Source: Ruditapes philippinarum
Lineage: Eukaryota
Length of the DNA stretch: 64,000 nucleotides
Reading direction: 5' to 3'
Assembly (NCBI RefSeq): GCF_026571515.1
Contig: NW_026853242.1
Span: forward strand, 124,001-188,000
The notes below the pieces were generated by a model. That model had not been told where the DNA came from. It was given only the letters and a program-made list of their open reading frames with translations, and searched no databases. Positions 1 through 13,994 of this stretch are shown here, one piece after another. Numbering within the stretch: position 1 is the first letter of the stretch; each line of letters starts with the position of its first letter. The translations under genes were made by a program, and so were the position numbers.

Positions 1-404
1 TTAGTTAAATATATAGTAGAATAAATTCAAAACTGGAATTCGGGCTAGGAAATTCAAAATCTTAAATTCATGTTGTTTATTACGTACAAAATCAAGGTAC
101 AATTTTTTCTTATTTCGGATTAATATTTTTATATGTTTTTGTATGTCTTGTTTTTATGTATATACTTATAAAGTACATTGTTAATTCTTTCTTTTACAGG
201 TTTTATTTTTCTGTATATATATAATTATGTTGATTTAATTCCAATTAAAAACATTTGTAATAGGATGGGCATTTATGGTAATCTAAGTTAGCAGTTAATC
301 TAACTAAGTTATGAGTAACTTATTATCTATCATTCTTCTTGCATACTGTATATATAAATCTTCAGAGCCCTGAGAATTTACTGTTAAAAATTTGTGATGG
401 TTTG

Positions 405-1342
405 CAGGGACTACCTTGGACTGAAATTTTAGGGAGAAGTGACTTTTCCCTTCAGGAAAAATAGGGAGAAGTTTTGAAATTTAGGGAGAAGTGATCATCA
501 AATCGAGTTATATCATTGTTTTTTTTCTTTAATTTTATTTATTAAAATATAGTATACATGTACACCTTTATATGTACATGCTTATAAAAAAGTCATGTAT
601 ATCATATGGCACGGAAAATAAACAAATGCGTATTTGAAAATCGCTATGATGATATTTAATGAAGTTGCTTTAAGCATTTTGATTCACATCAACACAACAT
701 TACATCAACACAACATTTTTTATTTTTTTTAGGTTCAACATTTTCTGACTCTAACTTTTATGCAATTAATTAAGAAGAAAAGTTCTTTAATTGATAATAA
801 TTATCCAAATTCTATAGCCATAAAACACAGTTGTAATTAATAACTACCATAAATCTAATGGTGATAACAAGAATGGACTGGCAAATGTATATGGGATATT
901 ATAATTCAAACAAAACATATAGGGGAAATTGTAAATCAAAGAAAATGTATAGGGGATATTGTAAATAAGACACAAATATACGTTTGAGGTAACTTAATCA
1001 TCAATAAGCTAGCTTTTTATCACCTGCTGCATTCATATCAGGGTCTTTCACAGCTTTAATTTACCCGATTTAATGTACATGTATAATCAATGCGCTATTT
1101 TTAGCGAGGTGGATTTCAAAGTGTCGCTACAGTATGGCCACGCTTCAGTGCGTGTGCCAAATACGGCAGATTACACAATTAAATCTGCCTCCAGGCAGTA
1201 TTATCAAGTGGAGAAATATACATGTCAGACATTTCATAGAGATTTAAGTGCGACTAGTATTTCGCTTTTCCGATCATATAGGGCGAAGTGAAAAAATTTA
1301 CAGCAAAGTTTCCGCCTGACTTCCTCCTGAACGCAGTCCCTG
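405..1342. mobile_element. Non-autonomous TIR DNA transposon, hAT5-like (5-bp TSD)
   Basis: Termini CAGGGACT...AGTCCCTG, flanked both sides by GTTTG (400-404, 1343-1347). Subterminal AGGGAGAAGT repeats are shared, in inverted orientation, with the 15408-16469 element. Confidence 0.75.
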
Positions 1343-1601
1343 GTTTGGTCTCTGTTCTCATAGAACCTGATCACTTTTACACATTGTTCCTTCTTTTCAG
1401 CTTTTAACATTTGTGAATATAGTTTGACATAGATAATAAAAAAAACATTTTCATATTTTATAGGCTTCACTTAATGTGTTCTAATTTTGCGTAAATTTAA
1501 ATCATTATTCTTTTTTTCAGGTTTTACTTTCGTATATACGTTTATAAATATATTTTTATGATGTTTGTTTACTGAGATCTTTTGTATTGTATATGCTTTT
1601 A

Positions 1602-1936
1602 GGCCGTCCTTAAAAAAATGTTTGTTTGCAGTTACCCGACCCAGAATTTTCAAGGTGGGTAGGTAGGTCGATTTTTTTTTTTTTATTATTGAACTGTACT
1701 CCCAAATAAACATGGAATTTCAAAATGCTGGACAAAATATGCTTTGATAATAGATAACTGAATTCTAATTTAATAAGAACTACATTTTATTTCTTCTATT
1801 AACCTTAAAGCACAGGGCATAATTTTCTGATTCAAAAAAAAATTTTTTTATCCAGACCACGAAAAAAAATTTGAGTAGGGGCAAATTTTGTGAGTCGGTC
1901 GCGTTACTGCAAACAAACATTTTTTTAAGGATGGCC
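1602..1936. mobile_element. PIF/Harbinger-type MITE
   Basis: TIRs GGCC(G/A)TCCTTAAAAAAATGTTTGTTTGCAGT, TTA TSD (1599-1601, 1937-1939). Second copy at 47808-49890. Confidence 0.9.
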
Positions 1937-4900
1937 TTATGTAAATACTATTATTATACTTAAGAAAATAATAAATAATAGAAAGGTTTACATTTTCAAT
2001 ATCTTGTCTTTAATTGCATGAAAATGTGTCATAAACCATACATTAAGATGTACGATAATTGACCTACGTGCCCATCAAACAATAGATAGATTTGGCACTT
2101 TATAAATTAAGTTTGCCGAAATGGTTCCTTGTATTATCGGAACATACTTAAAACAGATGAAATTGGCACATCAGAATACGAAAAGGTGACTGCTTTGTAA
2201 CACTGATAAATACCAAGTCAACATTCAGATAAAGATATGATAAAAGAATGTAAAAATAATGTTTTATAATAATTTTTACAAATACTTTTAATGTCGTGGT
2301 ATAAAGATTCTTTTAGATATTTTTATACATTTAATTATTAATTATTAGATACTATTTATCAGTAAATTATAGTAAAAAAGTATATTCATATGAATCATAT
2401 CTTAGCTTTGATTTAATTCTTCACTAAAATTTTGCCGTCTGACAGTAGGTCGAGCTGAAAGTGGTACGAATCGATAATAATTAATTCATTACCTCCCTTG
2501 GACCCGCGAGGTAAACATTTTACTTTGTAATGCAAAACAGTTTCATTTATAATATATAATTGATACAAATAATTTAAATTCTTACTGCACACGCCTTTCA
2601 ATCATATACATATTATGGTAGCAACTGATACCTATATACTTTTTATTAATGCACAGGCTTACGTACTCGGTAGCTTATGATAAACATTAGCGATTATAAA
2701 TCCAAATAAAGCCAAACTGCTAAATGAATAATTGCTTTATCTTTCAAATATGCCTATGTGATAAAGCACTTAACAAATTATATCAATAACTTACACATTA
2801 GTAGCAATATTGTCTTTCATATCACATTCCGCAATCGATTCTTTCATATACGATGAAACAACATGGCGGATTGTTCTGACCAATGCGCATGGTCTGTAAT
2901 TTCACGTATGACATCATTGACCTTATTTGGAAGTAGAAGGTCGTTGACTGGGATAGGTTTATTTTGATCACCTGACACAACTGCGTAGTTAGATAAAGTG
3001 TTTATCGTGTTTATCGATTTCCTTGTTGCCCTATTCAATAACCGGATTTAAGCAGCTATCTAACAAGTATATTGGTCTGAAAAGAGGTCCTCCCATACCG
3101 ATGACCTTCCAAGTGGTACATGTGACGGTGTACACGCAGTGGATACTTCTGCCGAATTAATAGTGATATATATCATGTTTAAAGAATATAAATATATATA
3201 TGAAACTGCGCTTAAATAAACAACGAAAGAGGGTATTAAATGAAGACAGTCTTCTTCCGAGGGATCACAACAGCAGACCGTACCAGTGTCAATTAGATAA
3301 AGTTCCGTGTACGTGGCAAACTGTTGACTCGTACGTACTTCGATCCATCCGATGTTATTATATTCTGGTATAATTCTGGTCCTATAAGTTTCAGCACTTT
3401 TAAAACTGAGTACCTCTAAAGCCGGTGCTAGGATCGTGAGGAATTAAGACTCGATCAAACGGAGCCTGTTATTTTCATGTAATTTTGTTGTGAGGGATCA
3501 CTTTTTTATCCAGATTACTATACCTCACAAAAGCAGGTGTCAAGTTGCCTCGTACTTGTAAGTTTCAGTATTGTTATATTTTTCTGGTCCTTCGGGATAA
3601 TTGATTCCTGCACTTTTTTAAAAGTTGTGAAAACTGGTTAAACTGCTCGTGTTGAACATTTAGTACCGCTCGTGTTAAAAATTTAGCACCGCTCGATTTG
3701 AAAATAGAGTACTGCTTAAGCCGTTGATTAGGGACGTCAAGGATATGTTATATAATTTTTCATTATCCCTCATGTACAGACTCGTTCAAACTGAATCTGC
3801 ATTTTTCATCGAATTTTGTTGTAATTTATGCTTTTGAAGGATTTGGAATTATGCTCCGGACAAACCATTTTAATTAAATAAAGGAAGATAATCAGTAAAG
3901 GAAGATTAAAGCAAACTTGGTTATATAAAGTTGTCCTTTTCCCCTCTTGTGTTTTTTTTCATTGTTATGACCTCCCCCCCGTCAACCCCGTCCTACTGAC
4001 CACTTCCCCTACACCTTTATCCTTTTGTAGGTATTTTAATGGGCAGGACGTAGAGTGGTTGCACACTTGGTTCAAGCGAGAAAATTGGTTGCAAACTTAA
4101 CAAAATGGCTACTGAGTCATAAATATTTATATAACATTGGCACGTATTTTCTTCATGTAAGTGGGATTATATGTTATTTTGAAATTCTTAATTATGCCTA
4201 TTCCTTAAAGCAATGTTTATGGCAAACTCGGTTTAAGGTCTCAGCTTCCTAGCTTCTGATATGACGAAGTTATTGAAGATATTAACAGGTTATGTGCAAC
4301 CACTTCACGTGCTGTCCCTTGCCCATCGGAAGCAATTTTAATTACCTTTTACGTGCAAAATTTTCAATTTTGACGTGTTGGACTTTCTTTAGGGATACTG
4401 TTTTTCTCTATTCTATGATTTCTTATTTAAATAATTTATAATGACATTTCGTCAGTTAATCAGGTTTTTTTTGTCCGTTTTCTCTGTCCTTTTTGTGTCC
4501 AGCGGGGCTCCTTGTCGGTTGTCATTTGTTTGGGAGATGCGTTTGTTGAATGCCATCATTCCTTGTTGATCTTGTGTTTCATATTCTACCAGAATTTCCT
4601 ATTTACCCATGTCTTTTACCATGTCAAACAGAAGAAAACGGAAACCTTCTAGCACCTGCTTAAACAAAAAACATGAAAATTGTGAAATATGTTTTAAATC
4701 TATTTTAGTTACATCTGCATGTGTTTTTAAACAGCGATAACTTTCAATGTGACACAAACGTTCAATGAACGCCACCACCACGCATGTAATTTTGTTGTGA
4801 TTAATGCTTCCGAGAGAAGTCAAACTAGCAGGGCACCCAGAAAGCACCAACTCAAAAAACGGGTTGGGGCACAAGAGTGGTGAAAAGAGGAGAGAAAACA

Positions 4901-7252
4901 TAACCGTAAGGTGATTTACAATATTCAAGTAGGTAATGTAACCACTCAATTTAAAGAAGTTCGAATAGTAAAAACTTAAAATACCATAAATACAATAATA
5001 ATGTTGTTGAGGGATTTTCCCTTTTCCAGGTGTTTAGACTCACAAAAAATAGAGAAATTGAAAATGTTGCAGGCTCGGTTTGATTGAGCCTGTTCATGGA
5101 CGGTACTGTTAAGTGCAAACTACCGTCCACGCACCTAGCACCGGCTTAAGCAGAATTCAACATTTAATATGGTCCCAAAGTAATAGAAAGCGTGCTCCCT
5201 AAACGAGAAAACAATGGGCGGAACTAAATGAAATGGAATTTTGAAAGGGGATCAGAGGTTATGAAGCCTGCATATCACAAATAAACCGTCAAAAGACAAA
5301 GTTAAAAAGCAGGCAACATATCCTAAGGGTGATTCAACATTATTCAAGTAGGAATATTGGAAAAAACAAAACAAAACAAAAATAAAAAACACAAAAAAAG
5401 TTTCAAGTGTTGTGCGGCAGCTGTAGAAACGTTGTCCCTTACTTCACTTAAATCCAGCTCATATTGTGCTTAAATAAGATTGTATACTGCTTTAGCACAT
5501 GTCAAAGGCTCTTGAGAGATTTGCAATTTCCATTGTCTCACACAGGCAGACTCGATGAAATTGAGTTATGTTAAATAGATATGTTGATTCATATTCGTTG
5601 GTGTTTGCAGAAGAATGGGTTTTGGTAAAGAATGTAATGTCAAAATGTTTCAGTAATTAAAATATGTATGATAAGGTTCGACTGCTTTAGTGCTGAACTC
5701 ATGGTTAAAAAAAAGCATCGTCTTAAGCAGAATACAGCATTTAAGTATGGAAATGTTGATTTTTATAATTTAGTTACATCAGCAGATGTGCCCAAAGCAA
5801 TAATCATAGAGTCTTCAATGTGACACTTTTGTGTAATCCAACAAAAAGCAGCTTATGCATGGTTATGCATAGGGTTGCGTTCATTGAACGCCGCCTGTCC
5901 TTGTTGATCTTGTTTATCATATTCCAATGACGAAATATGAAAACAGAGATCAACAAGGAAGGGTGGCATTCAATGAGGTACATACAATTTGGAGAAAGAG
6001 TGATCCCTTGGAAGCATTGAAATAACAATATTATGTGAAAATTGCAGACTCGTTTTGATTTAGTCTGTTTTTTATATATAACGTAAAGGTGTAATATATC
6101 TCTCGACTCATAGTACCGGCTTAAGATATATTTAATCTTCAACGCTAACGATTTGGAATCAAGGATCTCGGAGGATCAGAAAAATGAAGTGTAGTATTGG
6201 CCACTTTTAAAGCTGCCACACGGCACTTGACATTTTAGTATCTAATACTTAAACAGCAAAGATCAAGAGTTGGTTTTTATATGGAACTCACAGAATACTG
6301 GACACTGCTGTAATGCAGTATTACAGTGTGGAAGTACTTGGAGCATCTACAAATACAAAATGTAAAAACAAATATGTTCAAAGAAACTTGAAAAGAATCA
6401 CGGATACAGTCGTATCTAAGTTAACGAGGTCCTTGTGAGGAATGTTAACAAGAGCAATGAATTGATTCATATTGAACATTATCACTATAGTGTCTATCAG
6501 ACAATTTATAGATCCAATACAATGTATTTACGTCATACGATGTACAAATGTATTCCATGTTTAATGAGGGTCCATGCACTAAATGCAGCTATCGCTGTGG
6601 ACATGTCACCAGTAATTTGAAGCACAAAGTGTTCGTAATTTACCTCCATGCAAGTTTCAAGGAGTATTAGCCAAATATATGAATTTTGAGCCAAAAGTAG
6701 GTTACTTTATGGCGGCCAAGGAGAACCTAAATGTACAGAAACCTGAGGCGATTTGAAAAGGAGGTAACCCGTAAAAGGGCTGTTGGTGCCAAGCAAAGAT
6801 CTGCCCTTGGAGCCGACACTCTCTTCCCTCGGCTTTTGTTAAGAAACCGGCAGCAAACTCCATGCAGACTAAGCCTTAAACAATGTCATAAGCTGTAGAA
6901 AACATGCAAATTTGCAGTTCTACATGTTGCAGTGGATATTCAATCATCTGTCGAAGTCCTGTGCCTCCTCAGAGACATGCACGCACCGAGGGTATGTGAA
7001 AAGACGTCATACTATATACATATAACATGTAACATTGTTCCCTATAAATAGGTGGGATTTTCAATCATTGTCGTTTTCAGCATGTGATTTTTTGGGTCAA
7101 CGTGATACTTTTAGATTATTAGACTTAATGTCTGCAGTTTATGAACTTCAGTTTTGTTATATTTTGCTGGTCCTTCTGTATCATTGATTAAGTGTTTCAA
7201 ATTGAGAACGCCCAATCCTTGGCCGGCGGGCGTGATGAATGTTTTTTTGTTG

Positions 7253-9014
7253 TTTTTTATGCCCCCGGGCATATAGTAATTGAACCGTCCGTCCGTCCGT
7301 CTGTCCGTCCGCACTCGCAGGAGAGTAATTATGTGGCTAGAGGGACAGTAGGTAACTGTTCTTTCTCTTTGAAGTCATTCATTCCGTAATGCTTTTATGT
7401 GGCTATTTCTTTTGTGTGGCTAAAAAGAACAATAGAGAGAACAATAGAGTAGCAACATAATTACTGTCCTGTGAGAACGTCCGTCCGTCTGTCCGTACGA
7501 GGTTAACCTAGAACGGCAAGTTGGAAATATCTTAAGTTCTATCTATACTAATGGCTTCATAATTTCCACACTTACTTATCAATACAAAGTACATGATATT
7601 GCCAAGTTATATAACTGTGTCATCCATATTTCCCAGTTATTTCCCTTTTTTCACTTTGAAAATAGGGCCTTGTCTGGTTAACCTATTCCGGCAAGTTGGA
7701 ATTATCGTAAATTTCTCTTAATTGCTTAATTTATTTAATGATATCTTGCATATTTGGTAGGTGGATACCTTTAATGGTCCTAGGGTCAAGGTCAAGGTCA
7801 CTGGTTTAGAAAATAAATTTAAACGTTTTTGCTCATACAGCCTTTATTTTTTGGTTGATGTCTTTCATGTTTAATACAAACATGCCAAGGGAGGTCCTCC
7901 TTCTTTGGGTATAGTAAGGGTCATTTGGGTCAAGGTCAATGTCACCAATGTCAAGGTCACCAATGTTAAAAATAGAATTTTACAGGTGTATTAACCATAT
8001 TCTATAGACAGATGTCATTAATAATTGATAGGAACATAAAATTTGATGGAGTTAGTGGTCAGTTGGGTCAAGGTCACCAGTGCTAAAAATAGATTTTTAC
8101 ACTTTTGCCCATACAGCCTTTATTTATTGACAGATATATTTCATATTTGGTAGAAAGATAACTTGCCTGGTATTCATTCTTTTGATTGGGGTAGGGATCA
8201 GTGGGTCAAGGTCACTTGTGCTAAAATAGATTTTTACACTTTTGCCCATACAGGCTTTATTTATTGACAGGTATATTTCATATTTGATAGGAAGATAACT
8301 TGCATGGTATTCTTCCTTTTGATTGAGTTAGGGATCAGTGTGTCAATGTCACTAGTGCTAAAAATAGATTTTTACACTTTTGCCCATACAGCCTTTATTT
8401 ATAGACAGATATATTTCATATTTGGTAGGAAGAAAACTTGCATGTTTATCTTACTTTGGATGGAGTTAGGGGTCAGTTGGGTCAAGGTCACAAGTGCTAA
8501 AAATAGATTTTTACACTTTTGCCCATACAGCCTTTATTTGTTGACAGATTTATTTCATATTTGGTTGGAAGATAACTTTCATGGTATTCTTCCTTTGGAT
8601 GGAGTTAGGGGTCAGTTTGATTAAGGTCATCAAATTATAGATTTTAACATTTTTGCCCATACAGCCTTTATTTATTGACAATTGTATTTTATATTTGGAA
8701 GGAAGATAATTTGCATGATATTCTATAGGTGTCTGTGGGTCAAGGTCAAGGGTGCCAAGTATAGATTTCTTACATTTATATATATTTTATAAAGTTGAAT
8801 ATTTATCACTTCACAAGTCATAGCAATGACTTGGCAACTTATATATTTCACAATTACAAAATGCCATGACTCTGTCAAGCTATATAACTTGTGTTTACAA
8901 TTTTTTGGCAATGTTTCTGTCCATAACTGAGTGAATGGGTAAACATTTTTTGAAATATTGCTACTGACAAGAATCGGAGCCGGGGCATTTGTGTTTAGCA
9001 AACACGTTCTTGTT
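7253..9014 (+). mobile_element. Helentron-associated non-autonomous element (HINE) with ~138-bp tandem array
   Basis: T-run + ATGCCCCCGG 5' subTIR, (GTCC)n microsatellite, ~138-bp units (GCTAAAA(A)TAGATTTTT at 8082, 8220, 8357, 8496), 3' subTIR CCGGGGCAT at 8980, hairpin GTGTTTAGCAAACAC, then T-run. Confidence 0.8.
7314..7475. mobile_element. Small inverted-repeat element nested in the HINE microsatellite
   Basis: ~26-bp imperfect TIRs CTC(G/A)CAGGA(G/C)AGTAATTATGT(G/T)GCTA, with GTCC repeats on both sides. Confidence 0.6.
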
Positions 9015-9753
9015 TTTGTTTTTTGGCATTACTTTGTTTCATGCCAATCATCGAAATACATTGTTCTTCATGCCCGTGTATATACATTGTTATTAATTTA
9101 GAATACCATCGGCATTCTAGGAATCAAAACTGCATCACCTGGCGTAGGCTTGTTATTTTTTTAATCTTAAAAGCATACATTCATACAAGTCAGTCAAAAA
9201 TACTAAAGATCTGGAAACAAAGTGATTCAACATTTCAACAAAAGAGCTATGCAAAAAAGAACTAATTGTTGATTTTTTAACTGTTTAAAATATAATCTCG
9301 TTAGATATACAAATGTATAAATTAATGTGATTTTCTTGAGAATAATTCTCGGAAATTTGGAAAGAAAGGAAATGATAAAATATGAAAACAAAGATCAACA
9401 AGGAATAACATTCAATGAGAGCATCCCCCGACAAAAACCAGCAACACATGACCACCGGCAAGGAGCCCAGCAGGACACCAAACAAAAACAAGAGAGGGCA
9501 CTATTGCAAAGTTATTATATATGAAATCATAAAATCTGACTAGGGTATTAAAGAAAACTATCTATTAAAAAGTTAGTCAATAGTTTTTCCTCTTAAAGTT
9601 TAACCAAATATACATGGTCTGTACCTTTTTATTACAAACCAATACACAGTCTAAAAAAATATAAATAACTTTAAGTGACTACTTATATTGAATTATTCGA
9701 TGTGCAACATATTCTTGGATTAGCTAAAATAAAATGCGTTTGCAGTTTACAAC

Positions 9754-10240
9754 TTTTTTATGCTCCCCGAAAAATTTCGGGGGACGTGTCGCGCGCAACA
9801 TTTGGGTCGCTACCTTGAAGGTCAAGGTCACAGCATGACCTTGAACAAAAATCGTGTCCGGCCCATAACTTGGTTATTTGATGTCGAATTTTACAACTAT
9901 TTCACAGAAATGATCACCATATTGAGACGACGTGTCGCGCGAAATATTTGGGTCGCTACCTTGAAGGTCAAGGTCACAGCGTGACCTTGCAGCAAAATCG
10001 TGTCCAGCCCATAACTTTGTTATTTGAAGTCGGATTTTATAACTTTTTTCACAGAAATGATCAGCATATTAAGATGACATGTGATGCGCAACATTTGGGT
10101 CGCTACCTTGAAGGTCAAGGTCACAGCATGACCTTGAAGCAAAATTGTGTCAGGCCAATAACTTGGTTATTTGAAGTCGGATTTTACAACTATTTCACAG
10201 AAATGATCAACATATTGAGACGACGTGTCGCGTGCAAGTC
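9754..10240 (+). mobile_element. Truncated HINE-like element with three ~147-bp tandem units
   Basis: TTTTTATGCTCCCCGAAAAATTTCGGGG 5' hairpin; TTTGGGTCGCTACCTTGAAGGTCAAGGTCACAGC at 9801, 9947, 10094. No clear 3' end. Confidence 0.7.
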
Positions 10241-11407
10241 GGTAGATAGATCTAATTGAGTAGAAGTGCAGTGCAAAGAATAGTCACTCTGCATTGCCTG
10301 AGTTTGGAATTATCACATATTGAACTTTGTCTGGGACATAACTCTGAAACTACAAATGATATATTTATCAAATCAATTTGCGAATTGTAAGAAATTAATT
10401 TTCACGGCCTATTATATATAGTTGAGGTTATAAGATCCGCTGATACGTTATCTATAGCTAAATCAGAAGTAGCAAAAATCTCTTACTTTGTATTCTTATA
10501 TGAAAAGCAATAATGATCCAGAAACATATATAGTCATTCTAAATATAAGGAATTCAGGCATTTAAAATTACGCCCCGTTTCGTTCAGGCCCACACTAAAA
10601 TCTTTTAGCAAGAAGGGACTTAGTAGTTATAATTGTAAGGTATATGTTCTTTAGCAGTATTTGAAAACGAATTGCATGTCCGGTAAGTTACACAAAATAT
10701 ATATAATAGCGATGCCACAGCTAATCAATTAAAATATCTTGTTATCATGCAAAAATGAAACTGTTATAAAAAATTTGCAATATTGCTTGCTGTTTTATGT
10801 AATTTTCACGTTATCTTGTTGTTAATGCTCCCGATTCCAGATTTATTATTGATAAGTTGAGGTTTCCGCTCCGAGGAGTTTGTAAAATAAAATGTATAAA
10901 TGTAGTACCTTACAACCTGTATTGTCGTAAAATTTCAAAACGGTTTACGTTTTGTTTGATCACGTGACACATCTTCCCCGGGAGTCCTGCTAATTCCTGT
11001 CAAGAAAAAGTTAAAGACTTCATTTAAATCACTTCAGAATGAATCGGATGATATGTAATGATGTTATTTATATTTATTAATATTATATTTTGACCTGTAA
11101 TCCTTTTTATTGTTCAAGATTTCAAAGCAATATTTGATAAATCATCACAAAATAAGGCAATAATTTTTGACAAAATTTTCATAATTTTGTGATTGGTTAT
11201 TTGAATTGTTAATATCATATTGTCAGTTGTCCAATAATAGAATTTTAATTAAGTGCGGGAAATGCAGGATTAAATAGGTCATAATAAATCACTTTTTGAA
11301 AATTTTATAGGTTTCATAATTTTATATTCTGGCGTTATAAGCCATTTTTTAACATTTGTATTTTTCATCTGATGCGGCATGAAAGTTTAAAAAGGCTAGA
11401 AGCACAT

Positions 11408-12279
11408 CAGGCTTCGCGAAACTGCTGAAAAATTTGCCTGACATTCGGTCAGACAAACTTTCAATTCTTGTCTGACCGAAAGAACTTTTGTCTGACCGAA
11501 TTTTTTTTTCCAAATATATGTATATGGTATACTGTGCTCCTCTTAGTTCACGATACTTAACACTTTAAAACAGTAAAGAAGACAAACAATAATCTTACAC
11601 GACAAAAACTTTCATAAACTGTATCATTTAGTCATTTTTCTGCTATATGACACAAGGAAACAACAATATATTCAATCAAAGTAAGTTTTAATTTGTCAGA
11701 TGTAGACCGTGTGTCGGCCATTTTGAAAACAGTATGTCATCATTTAACTCGCGGTAATGGTAATACATTTGTGTTTTTTTTTTTAAAGACATAACAACTT
11801 TTAAAGATTTGCAACACAATTTTATTCCCTTAAATAAAACATAGTTTATCCAGATTGATGGACTCTGTCTGGAAATCAAAACATTCATGATCAAAGCAGC
11901 CATTTGTCCATTTACCCACAAATTTTCTCGGCGGGCGCCTGGACTTGTATTCCTTTTGTTTCGCTTTTTTTTCTTCATTGGATAGTTTACGATTTTTGCC
12001 GGGCGTAGCGCCAGCGTCATAATGTAGGTAGTAACACCGACATTTTGGTTATTGACAGTCGTATGTATCTAGAATTTGATTGGACACTTATAATGAAACA
12101 GCGAATCAAAACTCGTTTTACATTTTTTTTATTCAAGGGAGAAAACTCGGTCTTGATCAGTCTTGGATATATCCCGGTATTCGTACCGGACATAAGGTCC
12201 GGAACTCCGAAAAAAAATATCGGACCGGCCTGATTTTTGCCGGACATGTCCGACGGTCCGGCAACTTTCGCGAAGCCTG
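11408..12279. mobile_element. Non-autonomous TIR DNA transposon, hAT5-like (5-bp TSD)
   Basis: Perfect 14-bp TIR CAGGCTTCGCGAAA, TSD CACAT (11403-11407, 12280-12284), subterminal CCGGAC/TCTGACCG repeats. Confidence 0.85.
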
Positions 12280-12386
12280 CACATGGGTTCTGTTTCTATC
12301 CATCTATCCTCAATTAATGTCAAACCCCTCGCGGGGACGTAGACATGACTATAGACTAGTCACTGCAGAGAAAGCTAGGATCGAGA

Positions 12387-13734
12387 TAGTCCTATAAATA
12401 TGACGTTGCTTTGAGATATTTTTGCTTCTGGGCAAGGCAACATCATTTCGAAATTGCTCAAAAACCAATAGCATGTTCCGCCAGAAAATCAGACGGAATG
12501 AAAAACAATTAAAACAGCGTGTATTTACATGAATTTTGATCTATTTATGAACAAAACTAAAAATAAATACCTTTTGTCAAAATAATTAAACTGTCACATC
12601 CGAAAAATAATGATTAAATCCTCTAATGTATTTAAATTCCTTTTACAGCCGACAAACAAATGGCGCCCATACAGTGCGCAAAGTCTGATTGGCTAATTCA
12701 ATTGCAAGCGTTCAACTGAGTCAGAATATTCTAACAGAATATTTTTTAAACGAAATGATTGCCCATGCAAGTGTCGGTGTGTTCGAATATATTTTTCCAT
12801 TCAAAAATTTGGAATCAATCTGTAAACATCTACATGTTACTCCAGAACAATCAATTCTGACTATGACTGGGAGGCGCTGTCAGGAAAACTGTGTTAAAAG
12901 TATTAGGTGCATACTAAAAGATAAAGATCACAGATAAAAAAAAGGTGCAGGATAAAAGAAAGAGTGCAAGATTAAAAACATACTGGGGGTGGGGACTAGA
13001 AGGTGACTGTTGCCAACCTATCCTTGAAGGCATCTAGGCTGGAACTGGATTTGACCTGATATGGAAGGCTATTCCAATACCTGAGAGTTCTAGGGAAGTA
13101 GGAATTTAGATGATATTGGGTACGGGACTGGGGGTTCAGGAAGTTCAGATTTCTAGTTGGGGTCAGATGGTTATGGTCAACATATACAAGTTTGTATTGG
13201 ATTTTATAGAACACTACAAGAGAGGACTGGAGTCTGCGGCTTTCTAGGGAAGGCCACCCAAGTTCATTTAGCATTTGGGTTACACTACTGTCGAAATTAT
13301 AATTATTACAGACATATCTAGCCACAGCTCGTTGGACACTTTCAATCTTATGACTTAAATGTTTCTGCCAGGGGTGCCATATGGTGGAACAGTATTCTAA
13401 TTGTGGTCGAACATAAGTAACATAGGCTGATGTTTTGAGTTGCCTGCTTTGGGTTTTGAACACCTTGCTTCACCAGTATGGCTGATAGACAAAAATAGAT
13501 TGATGTTTATATTTTATTTAAAATTGATAAGTACATTGTTTGAGAGTTTTTGTTTATGATTGAGCATGAAATTGAAAGAAAAGAGGATAAGCTTTTGAAT
13601 AAAGCTTGAAAGGCAAGAAAATAGACATTTGAATTTTTTATGATGCTACCGGTCTATGAGCAATAACTAATTTATATGTCAGGCTTGACCAACATAAACT
13701 ATAACAAGCATGTAATGTCTAATATATTGAACTA
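12387..13734. mobile_element. Non-autonomous DNA transposon with TAGT...ACTA ends and 9-bp TSD, interrupted by a LINE fragment
   Basis: TSD GGATCGAGA (12378-12386, 13735-13743). Collinear with the uninterrupted 716-bp copy at 62205-62920 except for a ~630-bp insert. Confidence 0.9.
12829..13462 (-). mobile_element. 5'-truncated non-LTR retrotransposon (CR1/L2-group) 3' end: C-terminus of RT ORF plus 3' UTR
   Basis: ORF 12996-13463 has YVRPQLEYCSTIWHP, KIESVQR..ARY, LGWPSLESRR and YFPRT...WNSLP, typical of the post-RT region of CR1/L2-group ORF2. Pyrimidine-rich 3' UTR ends in a CATGTAGATG tail. Confidence 0.9.
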
Positions 13735-13994
13735 GGATCGAGATACAAGGGAATCCAGGAACCAGTCCCTAGAACTTATTGAATAGACCCCTTGGTTCAC
13801 TGAATATATTACAGAAATCAACTCATAAAATTACAGTTAAACAATTTATTTGAATTCATTTGGAATACCTAAGAAATATGAGTTAAAATTAACTCAACAT
13901 GCATCAAATCATGGAAAAAAAGTAATATTGATGATGTGAGACGAAAATATATTTTCATGACTACTTTGCCGATATAACAACCCAATAGGGCTAA

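Noticed and set aside
12996-13463. Host gene or active reverse transcriptase
   Set aside because: Only the C-terminal tail of a LINE ORF2; no catalytic YxDD region and 5'-truncated.
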